Below, piece by piece: positions 36,961 through 49,487 of a DNA stretch of 51,242 nt; within the stretch, counting starts at the first letter, position 1; every line of letters begins with the position of its first letter. The DNA is from Octopus bimaculoides (taxonomy: Eukaryota). Under the pieces are notes generated by a model. It had not been told where the DNA came from and did not search any database. It saw nothing but the letters and a program-made list of their open reading frames with translations. Made by a program: the position numbers and the translations under genes. The stretch covers positions 10,800,385 through 10,851,626 of the forward strand of contig NC_068982.1 of NCBI RefSeq assembly GCF_001194135.2, read 5' to 3'.

Positions 36961-38114
36961 CGCTTCGCATCCACCGATTTAGTGTTCAATGTAAACCAGA
37001 GATTGAGTGCGTAAATCAAGTTAAATGAAAGTTTGACACACTCTTATTTCTTTTTTTCTTTTTTTTCATTATATATCTTTATAAGTCACCGGTTTAGTCA
37101 TGGGAGAATACTATTTATATTATAAGTCAATTTAAGTCAAAGACGAGCTCTTCATATTTATGCATAAGCAACATCTGTACAGAGAAAATGATATGAAGTA
37201 AAAGTGTGACAAGAGATATTTTCGCTGAAAACGGTGGAACGCGTTGTATTTTTTGCTGAAGCCTTATTTTAAACTTGTGAAGTTTTGCCTGATAAAGTTT
37301 AAACAAATGTATACGTACTAAAGCATTTAACCACCGAGCCAGTTTACACGCAGACTAACAGCCAAGGGCTATTTATAGTCAGAATTTTTGTACTTTTATA
37401 TATTCATATATCATTCAAGTGACATGTCATTGTCTTCCTCCAACTGTTTCTCGTCGAGAAGAATAATTTACATTTTTATTTTCTTCTTTTGACGCAGAAA
37501 TAATTACATACTTTTCAATATAGAGCGCTGTGCACACAATAACAATTTTTCTTCTACTTCAAAAGGGAAAAAAACAAATTACTGCACAAGAAGAAAAATG
37601 AGAGGAAAAATGAGATGGAAAATTACATGATACTTGAATGATGCAGAAAATATATTTATATTCTTTTCCGAATTAGAAGTATAATCAAATATACATTCTG
37701 GTAGAAAATTTGCTTATAATTTGGTACTCTTGTATAAAAGATTCAGTGCAGCCGATCTTGGAGGTATTGATTCTAGTACACAACAACAGCAACAAAAATT
37801 TAAGCCAAAGATTGTGAGACTGCCGAGAAGAGTTTCGAGAGTGAGATGATTGCATATATTCTTCAATATCGTAATCATGGCTGTTTTCCACTGGCTTTCG
37901 AAGAAAACAGCTTTCAAACTCAAAACTTTTTGAAGCAAGCCACCAATCTTCTTAGAAGAGATTTCTATGTGTGTGTATATATTTTCATATATACATGTAT
38001 CACGTGCAGTGATGTATATATATATTACACACACGTAGACACACATACACTCACACAGACGCACACGCTCACACATTCACATACGCACACACATATATAC
38101 AAACACATTTACGT

Positions 38115-38161
<47 letters not shown>

Positions 38162-38783
38162 CACTATCGAATACAATGAAATTTAAGAAAAAGTATTTAT
38201 TCTGTCGAATCTTTTGAAATCTTTTCAAACTGATAGAAAAATATTAAGCTATAGGGAGGAATAAACATTACCAATATGTTAAAATTGATATTAATAATAT
38301 TGATATTATTAAACAATAGCATAGCAACATCTTCGTGTAGTCTATATTCTTTAAGATTTTGCGTTAAAAACTATTAGAAGAATGTATAACATTAGAGTAA
38401 CAAATATATAAGACACTGATGCGACAATTGATAAACCAATACAAAAGACGGTAAAACATATACATATTGAATATCATTCAACAAAATAATTCCAATGAAA
38501 TGCCACATTTCACTTCTTATCTATGTAGATCTTTACTAATGTATAGAATAAATTAGCTTTTGCGATGATAATTATAACTGATACTGAGTTGTATGGACGT
38601 AAATCATTCCTAGATCATCATATAATTTGCAAAAATGAACGCAATTGTACATTTTTATGTCTTAGTTTGAAGTGGAAGCTCGTGTCCATATAAACCTACC
38701 GATCCATTGGAGCTGATGTCTTTAAAGGGGGGGGACTCTATGATTCAAGTGTTATTCTCAGACAGGAAACTTAGTCCAAATAC

Positions 38784-38936
38784 CTTCCACAGAAAGTAGT
38801 AAACTACAGTGTTCTGAATGTCCCTCGGTGGCTTTAAACTGAGCGAGAGCTTTTGTTCCACTATCCAAGAAGACATCCGACGGACTTTTGAATAATTTTC
38901 CCCACTTATACTCACAAGTATTGGATGGACCTAGGG
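38784..38936 (-). CDS. Candidate internal coding exon of an unidentified gene (153 nt, phase 1-1)
   Basis: Acceptor tttctactttag, donor aag/gtattt, open frame LGPSNTCEYKWGKLFKSPSDVFLDSGTKALAQFKATEGHSEHCSLLLSVE; no homology recognised with certainty. Confidence 0.25.
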
Positions 38937-39785
38937 CTAAAGTAGAAACCATTTGACCATTTAGTATGCAGTAGGCTTGACTTTTAAACACTATAGCCAC
39001 GCTTCTGCACAATGTAAAGGAAAGAGACATTGATTCAAGCCGTACACGATCTGAATGAAAAGAGACTGAAAATAGTTTATAAAGTTATGATTTCATATTT
39101 TATAAAAGCGTCTACCAATGAAAAATATATTTCAAATAAAATATATTCTGGAATTATGTTTTCATAAGTGAGGCAGATGACTCAAAATATTCTAATAATT
39201 AATAAATTAGCAAATGGATTTAGTAAACGAAAAATAATATCATGTTTCAGTAGAGTTACTCTAAGTGGATTTACAAAATTCTTAATGAATATGAAAATTC
39301 TAAATTTGATTGCGTCATCATCTACAAGGATGGCGGATTTCAAATATAACTAATTTGAAACTCTCATTTAGATCATTTGAATTCCTATAGCCTGGAATAT
39401 TTGTAATCAAACAACAAAATAATTAACGTTCATAAAACAAATTGAAATATATAACTTTTAATATCTCGTGTGTGTGTGCGTGTGTGTAAACAATATATAA
39501 TATATAAACAATATACAATATATCCAATATACATAGCATTAAAATCTGATATTAAAAACAAATTCTCAATGAAATTATAAAATGTTTAATGCACTTCTGC
39601 ATATCACTGTATAAGATTAAAAAGAGACATGTATTCTACAAAAAGTAATTAACAAATTTATAAACAAGGAATTAGTTTGCAGGTAATACTGCTGCCTTTT
39701 TCTTTATTTATTCATTCATATATATNNNNNNNNNNNNNNNNNNNNNNNNNNNNNNNNNNNNNNNNNNNNNNNNNNNNNNTATATA

Positions 39786-39994
39786 CAGTACAACCTCAGT
39801 TTTCGAACAAGTCTGATCGGGAATAAATCGTGCTTTATATATATATATGTATATATAGGTATAAAGCTCGATTTATTCGTGATCAGAGGCGTACTTAAAC
39901 CGAGGTACCACTGTATTAAATGAATATAATAAAGACAGGAAATAAAGTACAATTTATTTGTGATCAGAGTTCTTCGAAAACCGAGGTTCTACTG
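39786..39994. mobile_element. Palindromic Tigger-type MITE (39786-39913) plus a second right arm (39943-39994)
   Basis: TA-CAGTACAACCTCAG...CCGAGGTACCACTG-TA; arms pair over about 50 bp around a central (TA)n. Confidence 0.78.
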
Positions 39995-40296
39995 TTTATA
40001 TACTCACAGTATTATGATTGGTAAAAAAAAAAAATATTTATTTCATGCGGAATAAAAATAAAACGTTTCTTTGAACCGAAATCCCAAAAATGTATTAAAT
40101 TCAAAGGTGATCTTCTAAAGGAACATCCCCACCCTACCCAAGATGAGTAACAGTTTTGAAGAAACTAGAATACAAAGACAATACACTCATCCTCACTTAC
40201 AATTATACATGCATACACTTACGGCCAAAGCGACAAAAGCCACTTTAGATACGTTCATTCATACGTATATTTATGTTTATGAGTATGCATCGCCGT

Positions 40297-40453
40297 GAGG
40301 GCACGTGGCTTAGTGGTTAGGGCACTCGGCTCACGATCGTTAGGTCGTCAGTTCAATCCCCGGTGACACTTTATTTCACGTTGCTTCAGTCCCCCCACCC
40401 CACCCAGCTGGCAAAAATGAGTAGTACCTGTATTTTAAAGGGCCGATCTTGTC
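40297..40453 (+). mobile_element. SINE family D (tRNA head, cagctggcaaaaatgagt core, start of the family C tail)
   Basis: TGGCTTAGTGG, GTTCAATCCC; ends tacctgtattttaaagggcc..cttgtc as in family C. Confidence 0.8.
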
Positions 40454-41066
40454 GGCATTTCACAGCGGACCGTTACCGTGTTTCTCATACTTAGATACAA
40501 CTAGAAAAAGGCATAAGCATGCTTTCTCCAGTTCGCGGTACCTTGGGGTAGAACAGAAATTATACAAAAAAAAAACATATATACATAAAGAGAGAGAGCA
40601 AGTTGTAATGGGTAAAGTGTTGGTTTGATGAAGAGAATTGTTGTCAGATTATGACATCAGACTGTCGCTTCCGTTTTTATGGAGTTAAATTTTTTTTTTT
40701 TTTAATTAATTCTCCTCTAACTTCCTCATCTATCTCTCATAATATATTACGTGCACGATTATATACAGACTTGAATATATATAGACATGTATACACACAC
40801 AAACACACACACACATATGAAACTATATATATATTATTTTAATATTTATTACTTTGTACTTTTTTGATATTTGTTATAGGTTTTTTTAGTGTATTTACTT
40901 ATTAAATTTTTCTATTTGTGATTTTGGATTTTCATGGATGAATTCAATAATTGTGGGTTTTTTTCTTCAAATTATATATTAGTATATTATATATTGTGAA
41001 ATTTAATTTAATTTTAATAAATTAAATTAAATTGAATTTTTCCCTGTAAATTTGGATTTTTATCCC

Positions 41067-41112
<46 letters not shown>

Positions 41113-41397
41113 TTTATCCTTATCACTATTACCACCACTACTATTATTATTATTATCATTANNNNNNNNNNNNNATATGCAATCTTTAATCACACTGTCA
41201 CCAATTCAGGTGTTATGACAAATGCAGAATCTATGTATGTATGTATGTATGTATGTGTGTGTATGTATACACACACGTAGGGATGATTGTGTGACGAGAA
41301 GCTTGCTTCTCAGCCAAATGGTTGTGACTAAAACAGCCAAATGGTGGAGTAACTGAAACAGCGGAGTAGCTGTCAATCATGCTCTTGTTTAAGAATG

Positions 41398-41444
<47 letters not shown>

Positions 41445-41460
41445 AAGAAACATATATTTG

Positions 41461-41650
41461 GCGCAGGTGTTGCTGTGTGGGAAGAAGCTTCCTTCGCAAC
41501 CACATAGTTTGGGGCTCAGTCCCACTGCGTGGCACCTTGAGCGAGTGTCATCTATACTCTCGGGCCGACCAAAACATCTTGATTGGATTTGGTGGAGGGA
41601 AACAGAAAGAAGCCCGTTGTATATATTTGTGTATGTGTGTGTATGTGTGT
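41461..41650 (+). mobile_element. SINE family A head/core, diverged
   Basis: ggcgcaggtgttgctgtgtgg...cccactgcgtggcaccttg...gaaagaagcccgttgta. Confidence 0.85.
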
Positions 41651-42751
41651 GTGTTTTTATATATACGTATGTGTATTACGGCATATGTAAACAAACATAA
41701 GTCTAGAAATGATACCTTTCTAAATCTCTCAGAGAGATTTATGCAGTAGTGATACGACGAAGTAGTTGTATGCTGTGAACGTAATGTGACAGTCCCCTGA
41801 AGGGAATAATACTACTGTTGGTTAGACCTAGGAAGCTGCACTGCTTCCTGTCGGCCTTGATACATTTCCTGTAAGTCTGTTTTGAAGTGTTAAAATGTAT
41901 TCTGGGACAAGTAGAATGATAATTTTTTTTCAACACGTAAATACTGAACAGTATATATAAAGGATAACATTTACCGGCAAGTTTTTCTGCTCTTAAAAGG
42001 ATTTTATCCTTTATATATTCTCTTCAGTATTTACGTGTTTAAAAATATATCTTTCTACTTGTTCGACAATACCTGTGTATACATATGCATGTGTAGATGT
42101 GATTCTATGAGTATGTGTGTATGTACTTTGTCTATTCCCGATTAAAACACTCTATGAAAAAACAATCAAGTGTAGCTGATGTAAGAGTATGATTATTGAA
42201 AGTTCAATTCACTCTGAGGATGCTTTGTGGTCTTGGCTGACGGATAAAAGCTTATAACTGAAGGACACAACTTCTTTGTAATTAGATTAATTCTCTGCCA
42301 ACAAGAGCTCATCTATGAATTCATTAGGCTCTTTAAATTGCCAGCTGTTTCCCCCTCCCAAAACCAGCCTTCAGACCTGTGTAATTACTTTGATAAATTA
42401 TTTACATTATTTGTTTATACTTTTATGTTTTTTATCTTTGATTTTATCATTTTATCTCTTGGTGTTTGTTTAAATTAAGGATGGAAAATTCCTTAATTTT
42501 CTATTTCTTTAACTTAATTGACCTGAGGGAATTCATATGCGGTGAATTAAATTTAATTATAAATAGAACTATGGGATGCCTTTGCTCTTTACCGACCAAA
42601 TCAATGCATTTTCTCGAACCTTCCATACACTGTAAATATGAAGATGGAATTTTGCGTGCCTATTTAGAGTCGAACTATCAATGTAACCGTGATGCTCTGG
42701 TGTTCTGATGTGACAGATTACTTTATTTGCATTAATTTGTGAATATAGAGA

Positions 42752-43120
42752 GTTCAAATAACACCGAGGTCGACATTGCCTTTCATCCTTTCAGGGTCGA
42801 TAAATTAAGTACCAGTTGCGTACTGGGATCGATCTAATCGATTGCCTCCCTCCCAAAAGATTTCGGGCCTTGTGCCTAGAGTAGAAAAGAATATTTAAAA
42901 GGCAGCGAGCTAGCAGAAGCGTTAGCATGCCGGGCAAAATGCTTAGCGATATTTTGTCCGTCTTTATGTTCTTTCTGACTTCAAATTCCGCGGAGGTCGA
43001 CTTTTCCTTTCATCCTCTTGGGGTCTATAAATTAAGTACCAGTTGTGTACTGGGTAAATCAAATCGACTGGCCTCCTCTCCCAAAACTTCAGGCTTTGTG
43101 CCTAGAGTACAAAAGGATTT
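42752..43120 (+). mobile_element. Two SINE family B copies (42752-42894 truncated, 42899-43120 full)
   Basis: Core and tail match family B. Confidence 0.9.
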
Positions 43121-43274
43121 GTGAATATAGAATTGTATAATATCGACATCCATATTAATACCTTTAATTTTTGCATACTGAAATTAACACTACATGGAAA
43201 AAGTTGCGAAACGGCCGTCACCCTCTGGAACTCACTGGTTAAATAAATCTATATTCCCTTCTCATACCTTATGA

Positions 43275-43339
<65 letters not shown>

Positions 43340-43380
43340 CGTATTTTTTCATACCTCATGAGGTATTTTTTATAAACAGA

Positions 43381-43566
43381 AAGAAATAATGAAAGAAAGC
43401 TATGGTGAAAGAGTACAGCAGGGTTCGCCACCATCCGCTACTGGAGCCTTGTGGAGCTTTAGGTATTTTCGTTCAATAAACACTAACAACGCCGGTCTGG
43501 GAATCGAAACCGCAATCCTACGACCGCGAGTCCGCTTCCCTAACCACTGGGCCATTGCGCCTCCAC
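43381..43566 (-). mobile_element. SINE family C, head and core only
   Basis: Matches 19010-19196. Confidence 0.88.
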
Positions 43567-45290
43567 CCTACAAAAGTAGCCCGTCAGGTTTATGTAATAT
43601 TGTTTTCATTATAATGGAAGTCTCTGGCTAAATAAATCTATATTCACTTCTCATACCTCATGATATATTAACATATATATATTCTGTATATAGAGTACCT
43701 ATTAAACTATACAATATAAAACCATTTCATAAGAGCACAATGTATCCCTTTACACTCCGAAACAGATGTTACAGATATGGTAGGTATAATGATCGCAGGT
43801 TATGGATAGAATGTATAAAACTGGAGAATATTGTTTAATATTATTTACTTAGAACATCTTTCCATGAGTTTCTGTGATAATCATCTTAGGATTACAGTTA
43901 TTAAGATTAAACTTATGCAATCTTTTATCAGAATGTGTTATGATAAATGCAGAACCACAAAACATTTATATAAGTTCAGAAATTTGAAACTTATGTAAAG
44001 TAGGCAGGCTGCTGACAAACTTTATGGTTTGAATTAACGGAAGTTACGAGAACACTGTTTACAAAGCACATTAAAGATAGTAACAGTTAGACAGAATCAA
44101 AGCAAGCTATGTTTAGCAAGAGATGTAAATTGTAATATATATATGATAAAAATTTTGACGTGTAAACAAAACATGAAAGAAAAAGAGATCTACCGGCTCA
44201 TGAACGTAGGCCTATTAAAGCGTCTGCATGCTTACATTCATATACATAGAAATAGATACTCACCTATACATATCAGTAAATTCTGGCTGCCAGAAAATCA
44301 ATCATTAAGTTTGATAATAAGTCGTGGGTCCGGAAGGATACTCCTAACGGGTTCGATATTCCAATGGAAAGTTCGGATTTAGTCGGTATATGTATACTTT
44401 ATGAAATGGCTGACCAGTTCCCAGACATCTGTGGAGGTCTATATCGTAATGATTTGTTTGCTTTACCTCCAAAACGTTACAGAAGGTTAAATCAAAAGAT
44501 ACAGAAGGTTAAGAATAGGTTAGTTAGGTTTTCTCGTAGAATGGGCTTTCACATCGATTTTGACGATGAGATAATTAAAGCTAACTTCTTAGATATTACA
44601 CTTAATTTGCCCAATAACTCATACTTTCCATACTACAAACCATCCACCAATCTCAAGTATATTAGTCCATCCAGTAATCACGCTAGGGCAATTACTAAGA
44701 ATTTTGTTAAAAACATTTCAGTTAGATTGTCTAAACTATCCGCCAATGTTGACATTTTTAATGGCAAGGCAGAATTTTATAACTGCCTTAGTTAATGTAG
44801 GGTATAAAGAAAAAGTTACCTACATTGATTATGTGCAATCTCATTCTTCATCTACTATTCGAGACAAGAAATTTAGTTGTAATAAGAGTGATTTTAATTC
44901 TAATGTGGACAACAACACAAAACATGATAAAATTCTTTTACAGTGTAAGGGAGGCAACCGTTATTTAAGCCCATTTTTTCACTCTAGAGATTCTTTAGAG
45001 ACAGTACCACTTACAATTTGACTGGTGCTAGCAAAATTATTTGGTTTGTTATTCCGTATGGAAGGTAAATTAAATCTAATCTTCCTTTGTAGTTCCGTGA
45101 AGCGGTTAGTAAGAACTTTCCAAAAAATTCTAGATATTATTCCATTATTAATTCCCATATAGTTAGAGTTGCCTTCTCCAACACAAAGAATCTCTCACAA
45201 ATTATATCTTCTCCTAATACCAGCCTGTTAAATGAAAGTTCATTTACTGAGAGTTCCAACATTAATGTAGTTAATACCAGCTTTTCCCGT

Positions 45291-45324
45291 AATAATAATA
45301 ATAATAATGATAATAATAATAATG

Positions 45325-45384
<60 letters not shown>

Positions 45385-45433
45385 GCGCTCGGTAGTGAAG
45401 TGAAAGCACGTTATAAAAATAAAACTACTGAAC

Positions 45434-45468
<35 letters not shown>

Positions 45469-45470
45469 CA
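45291..45470. repeat. (AAT)n tracts flanking a 50-bp unique insert (45384-45433)
   Basis: Direct tandem repeats on both sides of agcgctcggtagtgaagtgaaagcacgttataaaaataaaactactgaac. Confidence 0.9.
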
Positions 45471-46186
45471 ACATAGTTTTAGTCTCTGAGGACAACCCCA
45501 ACAGAATTAAATTTATGTCTAATAATTCTAAGATTAAGAATCCTATATACCAATGTAAAATTACTTCCGGTACCGATGTCTATTTCTATATTGGCGCTTC
45601 CTCTTCCCAGTTATTTAAGAGAATTTCCAATCATTATTCTTCATGTAGGGATAGTAGTAAATGCAATTCCACAGGGCTTAGTAAATTTGTTTGGTATCTT
45701 AAAGACAACAATAAGGTTTTTAATTTAGATTGGTTCATCCTGTTCATCTCTTTCCCTTACGATAATGGCAAATGATTATGTAACATTCTGAACTCTTCCA
45801 TATTCTCTTCTCTAAGAATCACCTTGTTAACACGCTTATAGAGCGATCTTACAAATGTAATCATTGGCAGAAACACACGTTTAGCTCAGATAAATAATTT
45901 ATACCAGTCTGTATAGTTTGAACATTTAGTTCACCTTGCACTCTACTGCAATAGAGAAATTCACTTCCAAGCTTTTGAACATTTTTCCAACCAACATATC
46001 CCTCTAAATTTTTCCTTTATTTGTTCTCTACTTATTATTTCTTTATCCCTTCTCTTCCTATGGTCTACCTTTGACGTCAGATCTACTAACGGTTTTTTTT
46101 TTATTAAAACTTAATAACGTTCTGTTTATCATTTATGGAGTCATCAAAATTGTTATAATGCCTTGTTGTTGAGATCGGTTCGCTTT

Positions 46187-46272
46187 CTTTCCTGATGAGG
46201 AGATTGCATTATTTTACACCGTTTATTCCTTTGGCATAAAACCAATGTTGTCTTCGAAACATATGTCGAAAG
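46187..46272 (+). ncRNA. Intact minimal type I hammerhead ribozyme
   Basis: Stem I CTTTC/GAAAG, CTGATGA 46192-46198, stem II GGAGAT/GTCTTC plus GCATT/AATGT, GAAA 46256-46259, palindromic ACATATGT stem III, GTC cleavage triplet 46265-46267. Confidence 0.85.
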
Positions 46273-46476
46273 TAAAAGAATGTGAATAACATCTGCGTTT
46301 AACTCCATTTATTTACTTATATTATACAAATTACAGCACATTAACCCGGATTTTCTACCTTTGAATAGGTCGCTTCATACTTGTTACTTGCGTGAATTTT
46401 GCTACCCTGGTAACAGTTTATTGAATTTTTCCGTGTTAACTGTAAACAAAGGATAATTCATTCAGCCAAATATATA

Positions 46477-46531
<55 letters not shown>

Positions 46532-47039
46532 NNNNNNNNNNNNNNNNNNNNNNNNNNNATATATATATCTTATACGTACTCAGTTCTGGGATACACGTAA
46601 ACGTCATTCAATACTGACCTTATTTCAGCAGTCGTATATCTGATGTAGACTCTATCCTAGTAGAATCTTGCATTTTAGATAACCTATTTAACAGTATTTT
46701 TAATCGTGTTTAAAAACAATAATCATAATAGTACTTATATAAAATGTAAGTCTTACACTTTGATAGTTTCGTAAAATATTTTTAAAACCTCGAGTATAGA
46801 TGTACCTTCCAATCAGATAGAGATTATTTCGGTTCGCATCAGATAGTGTAATTTTAAAAGCTTCTTGGATATTGTGCACATACTTTTATATTTGAAATCG
46901 AATTTCATTCACTCCAGAAGCTTTTGCATTTATTAATGCATCTGGTGCCTTCATCTCTTATACTTGCATCGATCTCGGATTATCTGCATATTTATTTCAT
47001 TCATTTTAATTAAAGTTTCAATTTAGTGATGTAAACCTG

Positions 47040-47560
47040 TCAGTTATCTCCACCGTCAGCAATAGCTAAGGTGTTTACTGCATGGACGATGCTTCACTCC
47101 AGTTTCTTCAATAAGGTCGTAATGAATTTGATAGTGATATTGCTTGTTTGCAATATTACGAAGATATAATCGCTTTTAAGCATTCATTCAACAAATATTT
47201 TCTGAGCAGGAAATGATCAATCTTTTCCCAACATCATTTTTGGAGTCAAGTCTAAATTTTTCCGCAATGATGCGTGATTCTACCTCCCCATTTTTTTGCA
47301 TCGAAATTGCAATTTATAATTTGCAAACCGTCATACACATTTTCAATTTCCTTTTTATGAGCTCCCGATATTGGTGCATAAACTTGAATTAGACTCATAT
47401 TTGCTTTGCTTTGTGTTCGTATTGATAAAATCTTTTCGCTTATCGAATTGTATTGAATAATAGGTATAGAGATATGTTTGTCAATGACGAATTCAACTAT
47501 TTTTATCGGTATAAATGCATAGCTAAAGTTATATACGGCGAAGTTGCCTGAAATTACATT
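47040..47560 (-). mobile_element. Decayed APE endonuclease fragment of an RTE-like LINE
   Basis: Minus strand VEFVIDK..SISEKILSIR..SLIQVYAP..KEIE, frameshift, VYDGLQ..NFDAK..FRLDSKNDVGKRLI.SCSEN..KRLY..YQIHYDLI. Confidence 0.78.
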
Positions 47561-48260
47561 CCTTTTTTTAATTCACTTCTTACCAAAATGTCGATTGCAT
47601 TGCTTTTTATTTATTTATTATTTTTTTTAGTCAGAATCTAGTTTTGCTGACATAACAAATTTTATATTCTTGGTTCCAATATAATGCATATCGAACGTAA
47701 TTTCTATTTCAAAATCGTCAGAAGCGGTATCTCCATTCCCTGGATGGTGAGATCCCTCACACTGATCTTTCTGCTCCCCTCCCCCACTGCTTCAATTGAC
47801 ACATCTTTATTGCACCCCTCCTCATAGATTTAAATCGAAATTATACAGTTGAAAATTTCAACTTTCGGGAACAATATAGAATAAATTTCAGATTCAGTAT
47901 TCGTAAATGGTTTCCGAATTCTTTCCTCTGGCGTTTTATATTTGACACACATATGAATACGCTTTGTTATATCGCAATCGGTTGACAATAATATCGTTGT
48001 TTAATGTCTTCATACGGAGAATCTCTGATTCACTGCATTGTTGGTGAGAATAACAAGGGAAGTTTGTGTGTAATTGAAGGGAAGCGAAGCTTTATGAGAC
48101 ATTTTTTCATGGATAAGTATTCCTTTCGTCGATTCACACAGAAACACACACAATGTGACACACACAAAAAACATGCATACACACATATACATATAAATGT
48201 ATGTATATATGCAGTGAGAGAAAATAGATAGACAGACAGACAAAAGTAAGACAGGCAGAC

Positions 48261-48314
<54 letters not shown>

Positions 48315-48481
48315 AGATTGTGTGTGTGTGTGCGCGCGCGCGTGTGTGTGTAATTGTTTCTAGCCTAAGCAGCACAAAGCCTTAGTGCATACCTGTTTAG
48401 AGGGAAACACAAATTTACATGAAAAGTTTCAGACAGCTACATTTATATAACTTCAGTAGATTTATATATATATATATACAC

Positions 48482-48535
<54 letters not shown>

Positions 48536-49304
48536 NNNNNNNNNNNNNNNNNNNNNNNNNNNNNNNNNNNNNNNNNNNNNNNNNNNNNNNNNNNNNNNNN
48601 NNNNNNNNNNNNNNNNNNNNNNNNNNNNNNNNNNNNNNNNNNNNNNNNNNNNNNNNNNNNNNNNNNNNNNNNNNNNNNNNNNNNNNNNNNNNNNNNNNNN
48701 NNNNNNNNNNNNNNNNNNNNNNNNNNNNNNNNNNNNNNNNNNNNNNNNNNNNNNNNNNNNNNNNNNNNNNNNNNNNNNNNNNNNNNNNNNNNNNNNNNNN
48801 NNNNNNNNNNNNNNNNNNNNNNNNNNNNNNNNNNNNNNNNNNNNNNNNNNNNNNNNNNNNNNNNNNNNNNNNNNNNNNNNNNNNNNNNNNNNNNNNNNNN
48901 NNNNNNNNNNNNNNNNNNNNNNNNNNNNNNNNNNNNNNNNNNNNNNNNNNNNNNNNNNNNNNNNNNNNNNNNNNNNNNNNNNNNNNNNNNNNNNNNNNNN
49001 NNNNNNNNNNNNNNNNNNNNNNNNNNNNNNNNNNNNNNNNNNNNNNNNNNNNNNNNNNNNNNNNNNNNNNNNNNNNNNNNNNNNNNNNNNNNNNNNNNNN
49101 NNNNNNNNNNNNNNNNNNNNNNNNNNNNNNNNNNNNNNNNNNNNNNNNNNNNNNNNNNNNNNNNNNNNNNNNNNNNNNNNNNNNNNNNNNNNNNNNNNNN
49201 NNNNNNNNNNNNNNNNNNNNNNNNNNNGTGTGTGTTTGTGTGTGTGTGTGTAAAGAAAATGAATGTTCACAAGCTCGGAAATAAACGTAAATTAATCCAG
49301 TAAA

Positions 49305-49487
49305 TTATTTACATTTGACGGATATTTGTCCTCATCTTGTTTGTTGTTAACTCAACGTTTTGGTTGATGTGCCCTCCAGCCTTCATATCAGCCGAAACAT
49401 TGTGCTAACAACAAACGAGATGAGGACAAATATCCGTCAAATGTAAATAAAGTACATAATTCCTCATCTCTTAAATATAGAACTGTA
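49305..49487 (+). mobile_element. Penelope-type terminal fragment with inverted 5' part (64-bp arms), 12-bp TSD
   Basis: TSD taatccagtaaa at 49293-49304 and 49488-49499; homologous to 9686-9800. Confidence 0.85.

Larger units (their letters stand above)
44150..46345 (+). mobile_element. Decayed Penelope-like element: RT, linker, GIY-YIG endonuclease, 3' terminal region
   Basis: ILAARKS..SWVRK..GFDIPM..SDLVG, GLYRND (YRDD decayed), ANFLDITLNL, YISPSSNH, KNFP..RVAFSN, IYQCKI..YFYIG..KRISNH..STGLSKFVW.LKD, last frame ends 45897; several frameshifts and stops. RT is clearly readable from about 44280; the outer limits are approximate. Confidence 0.85.

Noticed and set aside
43850-44140. Possible N-terminal part of the Penelope ORF
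   Set aside because: No motif I can recognise; several stops
45773-45775. In-frame TGA in the GIY-YIG tail as a selenocysteine codon, as in some Penelope-like families
   Set aside because: It falls two codons before the conserved Cys, at a position expected to be Arg/Lys-like, in an element full of other stops and frameshifts; no SECIS evident
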